A DNA stretch of 52,948 bases from a virus (lineage: Duplodnaviria; Caudoviricetes), in IMG/VR virus record IMGVR_UViG_3300030451_004849, positions 1 to 52,948 of that record; one strand, given 5' to 3'. Numbering within the stretch: the stretch's first letter is position 1; every line of letters starts with the position of its first letter. Under the pieces are notes generated by a model. That model made no database searches. It had not been told where the DNA came from and saw nothing but the letters and a program-made list of their open reading frames with translations. Both the position numbers and the translations under genes were made by a program. Positions 10,364-21,300 of the stretch are shown in pieces.

Positions 10364-11350
10364 TTACCATATGTTTGCTGAACTTCCTGACATGTCTTGC
10401 CACTTACCGTCTACCTTAACTTGAGCTTTGCCTTCATGAACCCTTACTTCATAGTAATCGTTAGGACTCCAAGCATCGTTTTCACCTAACATAAACTTAC
10501 CATCACCTTGTGCCTCTAGCCACATATCATCTAATTGAGTCCACTTACCTTGACCTACTTCCCAATTACGCATATCTTCTATAGCTTGAAGTAATATACC
10601 TTTTTCTCTTACATCGTCTTTTGTTGGATTTAAAGTGTTTGACTTAAAGTATGTACCACCACCCCAATCTGAGGTATCTCCGTGGATCGTCATATAACCA
10701 TCATAATCTTCGCCTGGAGTAAAGTATTTAGATGCCTCTATTTCACTAGCTAAAGAACTAGATGCATTATCTTTATTAAATACATCATAAAAATCTTCAT
10801 CAGGAGACTTTTCTTGACCTAATTCCATCAAGTAACCTTCTACTGCATTTGCAAACCCTGGATTATCTTTAAACAATTGATTAAACTCAGTCTCATTTAA
10901 GTGAGAGAGACTTTTCTTTAGACCAAGTAACTTTGTTTTTGCATAATCGGTTGAGGCTTGATTAATATATTGCATATCAGCATAAGTTAAATCCTCTCCA
11001 GACCAACCATCTCCAGCTTGATTTATATAATCTGAATAACTGTGTTGATTAGTCCATGTATCTAATATATCTTGATAGTTTTCTGCAACTACAGGCTTAC
11101 CATCTGCACCTACTTGTATAATAGGAGAGTCCGAAACATCTCTAAACATATTTTGTAATATACCTTCTCTAGCAGTCTGAGCTTTATTTTCTTTTTCTTG
11201 AGCAGCATAAGATGCTATAGCCCTTTTACGAGCTATTTCATTATTCTTTTGCTGTTCTTTAAACTCAAAAGCCTGCTTAACACTGTTAACAGCATTATCC
11301 ATAGCATTGCTAAGAATGTTATGTCCTTGATATGTTCCGAAATCTGGCAT
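10364..11350 (-). CDS. Putative internal virion protein
   Basis: 328-aa ORF with N-terminal coiled coil, in the ejection-protein cluster. Confidence 0.5.
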   Translation of the reverse strand: MPDFGTYQGHNILSNAMDNAVNSVKQAFEFKEQQKNNEIARKRAIASYAAQEKENKAQTAREGILQNMFRDVSDSPIIQVGADGKPVVAENYQDILDTWTNQHSYSDYINQAGDGWSGEDLTYADMQYINQASTDYAKTKLLGLKKSLSHLNETEFNQLFKDNPGFANAVEGYLMELGQEKSPDEDFYDVFNKDNASSSLASEIEASKYFTPGEDYDGYMTIHGDTSDWGGGTYFKSNTLNPTKDDVREKGILLQAIEDMRNWEVGQGKWTQLDDMWLEAQGDGKFMLGENDAWSPNDYYEVRVHEGKAQVKVDGKWQDMSGSSANIW

Positions 11351-11997
11351 TACTTAGGAGCCTGTCCTGGTCTATTCTTATATTGTTCTGCAGTCATAAT
11401 GTTATCATTACTATATCCACCTGGAAGTATTCCTCCAAGACCTTTATCTGCATTATACCAAGCATTTTTAAGCCAACCACCTAATTTAGTGTTAGCGTTT
11501 GCTTTTCTTTCTGCAGCCATTTTATCATTATAATCATATTTTAAAGGATCATTTCCTGCAAGAGCTTCTTCTTGAGCAACTCTTTCTCTATATGCAGCTT
11601 CAGTTTTAGGACCAAACATACCGTCTTCTTTAACTCCTAAAGCTCTTTGAACCTTTTTTACTGATTCAGGGTCATTCATATCAAATTCTCTGATAGATGT
11701 TTGTTTTGCAAACCCACCAGTTCCTGGATCATCATTATAACCTAATCCACCATCATAAGCGTAATCAAATGCTGCAGCTGCAGGAAGAAAAGGTGCTGTT
11801 GCAGTGTAATAAGCTGCATTGCCTAATGCATTTTTAGCCTTTTCTTTTGTACCTATGATAGCCGTATCGTCTGCAAACCAACCCTCATTTGGGCCTGCGC
11901 CTGTAAAATCTTTTACTGTTTGTGTAGTGGACTTACCATCCCAATCAGGGAGTATTCCCTCATTGCCTGCCCACCAATTTGACCAATTAAAAGCCAT
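11350..11997 (-). CDS. Virion protein with PG_binding_1-like peptidoglycan-binding domain
   Basis: VKKVQRALGVKEDGMFGPKTEAA matches the Q-x-x-L-G-x-x-x-DG-x-x-G-x-x-T motif. Confidence 0.65.
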   Translation of the reverse strand: MAFNWSNWWAGNEGILPDWDGKSTTQTVKDFTGAGPNEGWFADDTAIIGTKEKAKNALGNAAYYTATAPFLPAAAAFDYAYDGGLGYNDDPGTGGFAKQTSIREFDMNDPESVKKVQRALGVKEDGMFGPKTEAAYRERVAQEEALAGNDPLKYDYNDKMAAERKANANTKLGGWLKNAWYNADKGLGGILPGGYSNDNIMTAEQYKNRPGQAPK

Positions 11998-12018
11998 TTG
12001 TCTCTCTCCTCTTTGTTA

Positions 12019-12444
12019 TTATTTATAACTTTGGTAGTGTCCAAAGTCCATGTTGTTAAAAGCATCTTGTAAAGGATTACCTTTACTTTCTTTTTTAGCT
12101 TCATTCATTGCTTGTTGAGCAGCATTATCTGCGCTCTGAGCTGTATCTTGAGATGGTTGTCCAGATACCCACTTATCATAAGCACCTTGTGTTTCTGGTC
12201 CTACTATACCATCTACTGTTACACCTAATTCTGATTGAACTTTTTTAATTTGGTCAGGAGACATTTGGCTAAAATCTAGCCCAGTACCTAAAGCACCACC
12301 GCCACCTCCTGCAGAGTTTCCACCAGATAAAAACCCTCCAGCTTTATCCATAAAACCGCCAAATTTATCCATTCCTAATCCACTAGCAACACTTCCTATT
12401 CCTGATGCTGCTTGTCCTAATAACCCTGTTAATCCTGCAAACAT
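12019..12444 (-). CDS. Gly-rich virion protein with PG_binding_1-like domain
   Basis: IKKVQSELGVTVDGIVGPETQGA motif. Confidence 0.65.
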   Translation of the reverse strand: MFAGLTGLLGQAASGIGSVASGLGMDKFGGFMDKAGGFLSGGNSAGGGGGALGTGLDFSQMSPDQIKKVQSELGVTVDGIVGPETQGAYDKWVSGQPSQDTAQSADNAAQQAMNEAKKESKGNPLQDAFNNMDFGHYQSYK

Positions 12445-13140
12445 TTAAAATACCTCATCTGGTTTAATATACATGATTCCATTTTTACCTTTGTGTACAG
12501 CCTTAGGATTATTTTTCATTAAATCTTGAGCAACTACTCCTATGCGTTCAGTACCTTTTTTGCTATTTTTATATGTGAATCTATATAAGTTAGTAGTTTT
12601 ACCGTTTTTCATTTTAGCCTTACCAACTTTACCTAATATATTTTTCATTCTAGCATCACACATCATTAAAGCAGCTCCACCAAGTTTCATAACGTTACCT
12701 GCCATTGCAGAATTATAGTTATTTTGATTGGTTATATTTTGCCCATAAGCAGAAGCCATGGCATCTCTTGCCTGCATATCTGCACTTTGAGCCGTTCCTA
12801 ATAATTGATTAGATGCACCTAAATTAGAACTTAACATGTTTTGAAAAGCGGTACCTAAATTGCCTGCAGTTTTAGATGCAGCATCAGCTGCCATTTGATT
12901 TGCAATACCACTTTGACCACTCATACCTGTAGCGGCCATATTCATTCTATTCATTCTATTTTGAGTGTATAATGTATCTTGTCCTTGTTGTTGCATAGCA
13001 TTAAATTGTGCTTGCATTAAAGGACTATTGGGGTCTATCATTTGTTCAGCTCGTTCACCCATTGTCTTGGTGTAGTCTGACTGCATCATCCCATAAATCT
13101 TATTAGGATCTATTTTTTTCGGAGCTGAAAACCAACCCAT
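12445..13140 (-). CDS. Pilot/ejection-like protein with C-terminal peptidase S74-like (intramolecular chaperone) domain
   Basis: Q/N/M/A-rich helical N-terminus; C-terminal CDARMKNI...YRFTYK...IGVVAQDL...PKAV resembles S74 SDxRLK...GxIAQE. Confidence 0.65.
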   Translation of the reverse strand: MGWFSAPKKIDPNKIYGMMQSDYTKTMGERAEQMIDPNSPLMQAQFNAMQQQGQDTLYTQNRMNRMNMAATGMSGQSGIANQMAADAASKTAGNLGTAFQNMLSSNLGASNQLLGTAQSADMQARDAMASAYGQNITNQNNYNSAMAGNVMKLGGAALMMCDARMKNILGKVGKAKMKNGKTTNLYRFTYKNSKKGTERIGVVAQDLMKNNPKAVHKGKNGIMYIKPDEVF

Positions 13141-13188
13141 TTATGAATACCCCCTAGTATACGTATATAAAAGCTTACATTAAGCCAT

Positions 13189-13201
13189 TATAATATATTA
13201 A
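13189..13201 (-). promoter_or_regulatory. Candidate late-promoter motif TTAATATATTATA (copy 1)
   Basis: Identical 13-mer at 34118-34130; both lie in rare intergenic gaps upstream of a GGGGGTATT RBS. Confidence 0.35.
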
Positions 13202-13221
13202 AGCCTTATGTAAGAAAACAA

Positions 13222-13380
13222 CTACTTTTTATCTTTTTTAGCAGTTTTTTCCTTCAATAGGTCTTTAGTTTGTTTTAAAGCTTCTATAGCACCCTGTATT
13301 TTAATATACATTGTCTTAGAATTTTCTAATTGCTCTTCTAAACTTGCTATTTGCTCGTCTATTACTTTACTATCCGCCAT
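13222..13380 (-). CDS. Small coiled-coil protein (52 aa), not in ORF track
   Basis: MADSKVIDEQIASLEEQLENSKTMYIKIQGAIEALKQTKDLLKEKTAKKDKK; RBS AAGGAG. Confidence 0.7.
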   Translation of the reverse strand: MADSKVIDEQIASLEEQLENSKTMYIKIQGAIEALKQTKDLLKEKTAKKDKK

Positions 13381-13389
13381 TTTTACTCC

Positions 13390-13872
13390 TTATTGATGTT
13401 CTTCTGAGTTTGTCATCCATGGACTCAGACTATTATTATATTGCTGGGTCACTGTATTATTAGCTCCTCCAGTATAAACTTCAGAACCAGTGCTCCAATT
13501 AAAAGATGTCATTGTATTATCAAAGTCTGACTCTGTATCAAATACAAATGCTTTTTGATCATACACCATAATATACTTATTATCTACCGTATTTTTAAAG
13601 TTAAAAACTGTGTTTGCTGATTTTATTTTTGCTATAATGTTAGCCTCTTTGATTGCATCTATACCTAAATCGGTATTGCTAACTGAAGATATATCATCAT
13701 AGTATGTATAGTTTCCTGATATATTTATATCTCCTTCATCGTGAGCACTAATCATAGAATCTTGCAAAGTTTGTGCTGCGGCCTGAATATCAGCTGGATT
13801 AATTATAATTAAGCTTTCACTTGTGTAATTAGAAACCAAATCATAAACTCTTTGTGAAATTGTGCCTGCCAT
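13390..13872 (-). CDS. Hypothetical protein (tail region)
   Basis: 160-aa ORF tightly packed in the operon. Confidence 0.6.
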   Translation of the reverse strand: MAGTISQRVYDLVSNYTSESLIIINPADIQAAAQTLQDSMISAHDEGDINISGNYTYYDDISSVSNTDLGIDAIKEANIIAKIKSANTVFNFKNTVDNKYIMVYDQKAFVFDTESDFDNTMTSFNWSTGSEVYTGGANNTVTQQYNNSLSPWMTNSEEHQ

Positions 13873-13875
13873 ATA

Positions 13876-14538
13876 TTATAATCCAGATGGGTGAGTAATT
13901 GCTTTTAAATCAGAGTAACTAGTTTGAGTATCCTTTCCTCCGTGAAGAGCATACTCTGTTCTAAGTCCCGCAGCTTCTTCAGTACTTAATTGTATAAGTC
14001 CATTGCTATATTTTTCTAATAATATTCCAAGAACTTTATTCTTATCTTTAGTGCTTGCATGGACAATTTTAGGACTAACGTTTAAATGGTCATAAGCATA
14101 TAAGTTTTCTAGTTTTAAATAGTTTCCAAAGAAAGCAGAATCATAGATTAAGGCAATTATATATTTTCCTAAAGTTGAAGAGTAAACACATGTAGGTGGA
14201 ATAAGATAATTAGAGCCCGCTCCTTTTAACCATTCAAAATAATCAGTATTAAACCTATCACTTTCCATAATATGATCTGTTTCTCCGTAAACAACAATAT
14301 CGTCAAAATCAACAGACACTCCAGATTCACCTCTATTTGGATTATCATACCATAAATCATGGAAACTCTCAGTTGATGGTAAAGATCTAGTTAATTCAAT
14401 AAAAGTATCATACTCAGCCTCTGTTGCAGAAGCTAAGTTGTTTGGATTTTCCCAATCAGCATCGTTAGTCCTATGTACGTATTGATAAGATAATCCATTT
14501 GCTTTAGTTTTAGTTTCTTTAAAATAATAATAAGCCAT
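13876..14538 (-). CDS. Hypothetical protein (possible tail-fibre accessory)
   Basis: 220-aa ORF directly after the large tail-fibre gene. Confidence 0.6.
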   Translation of the reverse strand: MAYYYFKETKTKANGLSYQYVHRTNDADWENPNNLASATEAEYDTFIELTRSLPSTESFHDLWYDNPNRGESGVSVDFDDIVVYGETDHIMESDRFNTDYFEWLKGAGSNYLIPPTCVYSSTLGKYIIALIYDSAFFGNYLKLENLYAYDHLNVSPKIVHASTKDKNKVLGILLEKYSNGLIQLSTEEAAGLRTEYALHGGKDTQTSYSDLKAITHPSGL

Positions 14539-14539
14539 A

Positions 14540-17500
14540 TTAGTTAGTCCCCGTATTAGATACTTGCCACGTCAAATATACTCTAAATATATCATCTCTA
14601 TCAGATTTTGCTGTAATTTGTATTCTACCCTTATTGTTACCATAATGGTAAGGTCGAGCGCCTGTCGTTGTTCCTGAGGTCATTACAGGGACTCTTTGAT
14701 AAATAGAGTGATTGTGCAAGCTATTTGTAGATGTAGTCGCATTACCCCAATCAATACCTATAGAATCTCCAAATGAATACCAACTACTCCAAGTATCACC
14801 AGTACCATAGCGATAATATAATCTTATATAGTCTTCTGCACCTCTTACAGCATCTGGTTGAAAATAAGCAACACAGTTTAATGTGTTATAATACCCAGCA
14901 TTATATATAGTATCATAAAAATTATTATCATAAGATTCTTGAGGAGTTGACCCTATAATGTCTCTAGTATATTTATAATAAGAGCCAAAAATGTGGTGTG
15001 GTACATAATAATATTGATTTGTTTCGGTATTAGGCTTTAAACTTCTTATTATAGGTTTGTCGTTAAAAGATACTCTTGCGTCAAAAACAGGAGCCTTGAT
15101 AAGCCCTTTAAATTCCATCTGCCCTGTAGATGAATCAAATAAAATCTTAGGCTGAACACCAGTTCCTGGTATAGTCACCCCACTTCCAGCTCTGACACTA
15201 AATTTTTGAGAGCTATTTACAGTTCCTAAGAAAAAACTATTATTAGTATCATATCCTCCTCCATTATTCATGATATGAGCATTATCACCGACTCGCAAAC
15301 TTCCTTGCATGCTAATATCCCCAGTATCGCCGCTTATAATTACACTAGGGGAACCTTGTGAAAGCGAACCAAACATTAAACTGTTACCATTCCAATTAAG
15401 TTGATTTACACCGTCATCATCTTTTAATTGAAATACAGAATTACCAGAATTTAAACCAAAGTATGTTCTCCAATTGTCTCCATCATATATTCCAAATATA
15501 TCACTACCTGCATAAAATCCTGCTCCTGCTGGCGGTGCTGCAGGTAAAGCTAAACTTGAATCAATATACATTTGCACTTGGTCAAAATATACATGCTCAA
15601 CACCTGGAGATTCTTGACTACTATGTTCATCTACAAATATCCAAGGAACTACCCACCCAATAGGCTCTGTTGAACCTGAAAAATTCCAAGTAGCAGGAAT
15701 AACCCATGTACCTTGAAATTGATTCCATGAATTTGCAGTTTGGTCTGTTTTTGCTATACTATACCAAGTCCAACTAGTCTTGTCTGCATTATACATTTTT
15801 ACACCGACTCTACCTAGTTCATTTTTAATTGCTTGCTGCCATTGTCCAGATTTAATATATCCCATAAATGAAACCGAAATCTTCATTCCAGGAACAACAG
15901 GGTATACTGTTTCTGCTCCTGTTAAATCAGTTTGATAGGCGTCTGAATTAGCATTTGTACCACTTACTATTGATGCTCCTTTTAAAGAATAATCTCCAGA
16001 AGAAGGGTTAACATCTCCTGAGTCCGCTTTAGAAAATAAAGATGAATTACTACCATCTCCTCCTTTCCACATTTGCATATTATCATAATTAGAGCCAGGG
16101 TCAGGGTTAAATTCCATATTCCAATCAACAATCATGTTTCCACCAATTTGTTGACTGATCCATTCTGCTGCCTGATAATTTGAAAGAGCATCAAAGTTAG
16201 GTAAATTATTTAAATCAGTTCCTAAATCATCTATACTATCTGATAAATTGTCTAATTCTTGCTGTAACCCTCCACCAGTAACATTAATATCTCCTGATAT
16301 AACTAAATTAGAGCCGTCCCAAGATAAACCGACACCTTCACCAGATTGATCAGTTTGCCAAGTGTCACTAGTATCCCCTGTATTAACTAACGCAGAACCT
16401 AACCTAAACGTTCCATCTACATTAAGTTCTACTTTTTTACTTCCATTGTTATATATATTTAAAGGAGTATTAAAAAGCCTTAAGCCCTTATTGTTATCTA
16501 TAGTAGCACCTTTTAAATAAGATGTGCTTAATGTTGCATCATCGGCGATTATCATACCAAAATCAACATCTTCATTTTCGCTATAATCTGCCATATTACG
16601 CAAGTTACCCAACACAACTACCTTTTTAGCAGCATCCCATGCTGTATCAGTAGTTTTTGCGGCATTTAAGCTTATTCTAGGGCCATAACTATTTAATGTA
16701 GAGCCAGTAGACGTTAATTCAATATATCCTTTATTTCCAGCTCCTCCTAATTTGTATAAACAAACTACAGCTTCACCTGGGTTCCAAGTATTTTGAACAC
16801 CATCGTTATTTACATCTCTATTGGTTATTTGTATTCTATATTCTGGATTTGCAGAAGTGCCATAATTCGTATCATCATCAACTGCACTTGTTTTTATTAC
16901 CTCAGTTTTAGGAGCACCATCATCTTTTATTCCTTGTAATATAACATAGGCATTTTTTAGATTATCATCATTATGCTCTACTGCCATATAACCTGTTTCT
17001 GTATTAGACAAGGTCTGAACTAATTTTGTTGTAGGTGCTATTAATAACTGTCCTCCAATAGTACTCATAACATGCATAGCAACTAGATTTTGAACAACTA
17101 ATTCTCCAGCATGAATACTATTAAATTGCCTATCTAAATCACCTAAATTGGTTTGAAGTGTCCCTTCTGGTAAAACTGCCTTACCAGCGGGTAATAAGTT
17201 TATATTACCTATAGTTTCAAGATTTAAATTACCACCTGTATCTACTTTAAAATCAAAGTATTTATTAGAGTCATATTCAATTCTTAATTGACCTACAGAC
17301 CTTGTGTCTCTTATAATAACACCAGGTTTATTTTGGTCATCTGTTAAATAATGATAATCTTGCCCAAAGTTTGAGTGGCTAGCAACATCTATAAGCACAC
17401 CACCATCTATTCTAGTAGGTCCATATATTCTAGTTTTATTAGACATAGAATCGATAACATTAATATTTAAGTTACCTTTATTAAGATCTACATTTCCACC

Positions 17501-18331
17501 TAGCTCAGTATCATTGTTTTGTAATTGAGCGTAAGAAACTACTAAGTCTCCATCTATCCTAACATCTCCGTACACATCTAATGCCCAATCAGTTCCAGAT
17601 GTTGGACCATTTATAGTAAGTTTTTTACCAGTTGTTCCAGGCGTTGTTCCACCAAAGGTATTAGCTCCTTCCCATACATAATCTGGAGCAGGGTCAATTT
17701 TATGCTTATGATCCCATCTAGCTGCAACATTTTGACTACCTGTATCGGCATTAGTATTATCAACTAAACTATCTGCTATATTAGGTGGAGATAAAGGGAA
17801 GTGTATAACGTTTAGATGATTGTTTTCATCATTATATGTGATATTACCACCAGTATAAGATAGGTCTAAAAGAATAGGGTTATTAAGAGTCCAGTGTTCA
17901 TGAGTGTGATTACCTACTGCTACTTGATCTGCTTGAGTCCCAACATCAGAGTTTCCTGCTAAATTTTCAAAGGTAACGCCATATTTAGTTATATAAGGCT
18001 CTATTCCTTGTCCAGGCATAGTATATGTAGCTATATCTGAATTATCGGGATTTTTCTCCTCTAAAGTAAGATTTACTGTTGCCCAACCATCATCAAACCT
18101 ACCTTGTAAAAAATAACCACTAGATCCGTCTAACCCCGAACCTTTATAAAGGCGCATGTCTCCTGGTTTACCAATAATTCCTTGTACGCTTGAAGTTCCA
18201 CTTGGAAAGTTTACAGCATCAGCGACACTATTTAAATCTTTATATATAGTATCTACTATTCTCTGTACTTTTGGGTCAGAGATTTTAGGAGCACTTTTCC
18301 TTAATTTTCCTAAAGCACCTCTTATTCCCAT
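14540..18331 (-). CDS. Large tail fibre / receptor-binding protein with carbohydrate-binding-like domain
   Basis: 1263 aa, Gly/Asn/Thr-rich beta repeats; segment from GGNMIVDWNME to HVYFDQVQM resembles a jelly-roll CBM. Confidence 0.65.
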   Translation of the reverse strand: MGIRGALGKLRKSAPKISDPKVQRIVDTIYKDLNSVADAVNFPSGTSSVQGIIGKPGDMRLYKGSGLDGSSGYFLQGRFDDGWATVNLTLEEKNPDNSDIATYTMPGQGIEPYITKYGVTFENLAGNSDVGTQADQVAVGNHTHEHWTLNNPILLDLSYTGGNITYNDENNHLNVIHFPLSPPNIADSLVDNTNADTGSQNVAARWDHKHKIDPAPDYVWEGANTFGGTTPGTTGKKLTINGPTSGTDWALDVYGDVRIDGDLVVSYAQLQNNDTELGGNVDLNKGNLNINVIDSMSNKTRIYGPTRIDGGVLIDVASHSNFGQDYHYLTDDQNKPGVIIRDTRSVGQLRIEYDSNKYFDFKVDTGGNLNLETIGNINLLPAGKAVLPEGTLQTNLGDLDRQFNSIHAGELVVQNLVAMHVMSTIGGQLLIAPTTKLVQTLSNTETGYMAVEHNDDNLKNAYVILQGIKDDGAPKTEVIKTSAVDDDTNYGTSANPEYRIQITNRDVNNDGVQNTWNPGEAVVCLYKLGGAGNKGYIELTSTGSTLNSYGPRISLNAAKTTDTAWDAAKKVVVLGNLRNMADYSENEDVDFGMIIADDATLSTSYLKGATIDNNKGLRLFNTPLNIYNNGSKKVELNVDGTFRLGSALVNTGDTSDTWQTDQSGEGVGLSWDGSNLVISGDINVTGGGLQQELDNLSDSIDDLGTDLNNLPNFDALSNYQAAEWISQQIGGNMIVDWNMEFNPDPGSNYDNMQMWKGGDGSNSSLFSKADSGDVNPSSGDYSLKGASIVSGTNANSDAYQTDLTGAETVYPVVPGMKISVSFMGYIKSGQWQQAIKNELGRVGVKMYNADKTSWTWYSIAKTDQTANSWNQFQGTWVIPATWNFSGSTEPIGWVVPWIFVDEHSSQESPGVEHVYFDQVQMYIDSSLALPAAPPAGAGFYAGSDIFGIYDGDNWRTYFGLNSGNSVFQLKDDDGVNQLNWNGNSLMFGSLSQGSPSVIISGDTGDISMQGSLRVGDNAHIMNNGGGYDTNNSFFLGTVNSSQKFSVRAGSGVTIPGTGVQPKILFDSSTGQMEFKGLIKAPVFDARVSFNDKPIIRSLKPNTETNQYYYVPHHIFGSYYKYTRDIIGSTPQESYDNNFYDTIYNAGYYNTLNCVAYFQPDAVRGAEDYIRLYYRYGTGDTWSSWYSFGDSIGIDWGNATTSTNSLHNHSIYQRVPVMTSGTTTGARPYHYGNNKGRIQITAKSDRDDIFRVYLTWQVSNTGTN

Positions 18332-21300
18332 TAATCTACCTTACGCTGTATGTATGTTATTGCAATTGAGTCAATTTCAACGTTAGAGTTTATAATTTCT
18401 AACCTTAATTTTTTAGTTTTATTTTTTGGCATTCTATATTCTCTCTCATGTTCTTCGTCTTTAAATTTCTTTGCTGAAGAAGTATGAGATGAGTCGTCAT
18501 GATTACACTCATATAATAAAACATCGTCAGAATAAACCTTTAGATGATATTCTGCATTAGCAACATCTGTAGTGTTATTCATGATAAACTTAATTTTTTT
18601 AATCTTTTTATCTACTGTAGCAAACCCAAAATCTATACTAGGGGTATAATGAGTAAATTTACTTCTAGAAGAATCTTCATTTAACTGATACAAGTATGTT
18701 CCATCAGAAAGGAATCTTTCTCCAAATTTACCTTGAGCAAACGATAATGGTCTTGGTATATCAATTAAATCCCATCTATTTCTAGGTATATTATAATTCC
18801 AAGAACCTTTGTCTCCATTAGTGTCTTCCCACATAAACATTACAGTTTGGTTAAAAGCATCATAAGCTACATAAGGGTCGTATGCGTGATTTATGTTATG
18901 CCAATTAGACTTTATTGTATTGGTTTCATCAAATTTAGCATTTTTTAGTATATCTGTTCCTATTGCTTGAACTTGAGAGCCGTTATGCATATACATATTA
19001 TTTGCATCACAGAAGAAAAATCCAAAATCGGTAATTATATAAGATTGCTCACCAAAACAACCCACACCTTTGTGTTCATCTTCTATTATTAAAGAGTTTA
19101 CGTCAATTTTATACATGTTAGATCTATCAAAAGCAAACAATCTTCCTGCAAAATAAGCAAGAGCAGTAGGTTCATTTGGCAATATTAAATAATCTCTAGC
19201 CCAATTAAATATAGAATAATTTCCAGGTTGACTTCTATATATAAAGTTTTGACCATTCTTTATCTCTGGGTGAAAGCAGTTTCCTGCTATTAAATATCCT
19301 CCTGCAGTAGTTGATAATTTATAATTTATACCTGTACCTCTCATTGATTCGGGCATACCAGTAATAGACTCATAAGTTCCACTTAAGTTACCATCGTCCA
19401 CTTCAACCTTAAAGAACATGTCACCTGATTTTCCCCAACCTGTTGATAGGTCTAACTCAGATACCATTCTATAAAAGTCTTCTACATTATTTTTTCTATA
19501 TATCATTACATGAGTCGCTCTTGGGGGAGGACTCTCTAGTTTGACTGTCATGATAACTGTATTGCAATTTGCTGTAGGGGAATATACAAAGTAGAATGTA
19601 GTTAATGGACTCTCTTGGAACCCATCATACAAAACAGACATTTTGTAATAATAGTTGGTACCAGCATTAAAGTTTCCTGGTTCCGCTGAACCATCTACAA
19701 CATCTGTTGCGTCTCCATCTTGTAATGCTATACCATAAGGTAATTCACTATGTTCATGATAATGTGCATACGTGTCTAGATATAAATCGCTGCCTTCATT
19801 GCTGCTTAAATCAGTTGGAGCAATCCACCCAGTACTAGGGTTATAATTAGCCTCTGCATTAATATATTGGCCCATCCTAGGACTTAAAAAGAATCTTTCA
19901 TTTCCACTTGCATAATCATGAGCAAATGTCGAACTTCCTAAGTCTTCAAAAATCATAGGCACAAAGTCAGTTCCATTTACAGGACCTACAGGGATTGTTG
20001 AATCTATAGGCTCTGTTCCAGTTCTGTCTGGATAAGAATAGGTGTATCTTTGTAGGACTGTAGAGTTTGTTTTTTCTCCTTTTACAGAAAACCAAAAATT
20101 AGTAGTTGAACTTTGAGCCATTATTTTATTAGTACTAATTATATTAGCTATATTATCTGGAAGTCTATTTATATCATTCCAACCAGGATAACCTGTAGCT
20201 ATAGTTGCAGAAGCAAACCTTCTAGCCATCATATTTATTTTATCACTACTACTATCTAGTTTATAATTTGATTGTCTAATTGCATATGTATCTGAATCAC
20301 TATCCCAAGACGTAGCATATCCAGTAGATGGATCTAACCCTCGAGATACTCTCCTATGTCTAACACCTTTATGTTCTGGGTCAATAAAAAATAACATAGT
20401 TTCATCTAAATCTATTGTAGATGAATTTCTAACGGGATAAGCATAATACCATCTTTTAGGCCACTTACTTCTTCTAGCTGTATCCATTTCTCCCATATCA
20501 GTAACATATTTACCTTTTAAATGAGCCAACATACCTATTCTATGACCATGACCTAAATCAATTAGTCCTTTTGGATGAGGATTTATTTCATAATCAACAC
20601 TTTTATCAAAACCTCCATCATAACCCATATCCCAGTTTGCTATACCATTTCTATGCCAATGTCTTCCATTTAAAGAGCTCCAATCGTTATCTCCTGGATC
20701 TCCTAATTCGTCTACACCTCTATATTTTAATTTATTTTGCCTAGCACTATAACCAGCACCTTCAGTACATACATAAGGAAGACTTCCAAAATTTATATTT
20801 TGACTAACTTCATCACAATATACTGAATAACCGCTGTTAGCGCCTAAATTCCACGCATTGCATTTTTTCATTTTTAATGCAGGAGGAGTATGTTCGTGTA
20901 AAGTTACACTATTGCCAGACCAATTAATGTCACTAACATCAAAACTATAAACAAATTCTTCATCCCAAGTAAATGGTCCAAAATCTTTTTTAGTAAATAA
21001 CACCCAAACTCTGTAAGTACTACCATCATAAGTTTCAATTATGTCTTGAACTTTTGTTCCTGCCCCTGGAGGTCTTGTGAAATTGAATTGTATTGCACTT
21101 CCACTTAAACCAGTTGTAACATCTAAAGTGTTTGCTGATGTGTCAAATTTAGAATAAAAAAGCTGTATCCCTTCTTTATATTTATTTGAAGCCCACCAAT
21201 ATGTAGTGTTTGCATCATGTGTATGACTACTATATATTGTAGTGTTGTCAGCTGCAGTCCAATCACTTTCTGTCGTTCTATTATAATTATTAGCCCACTG

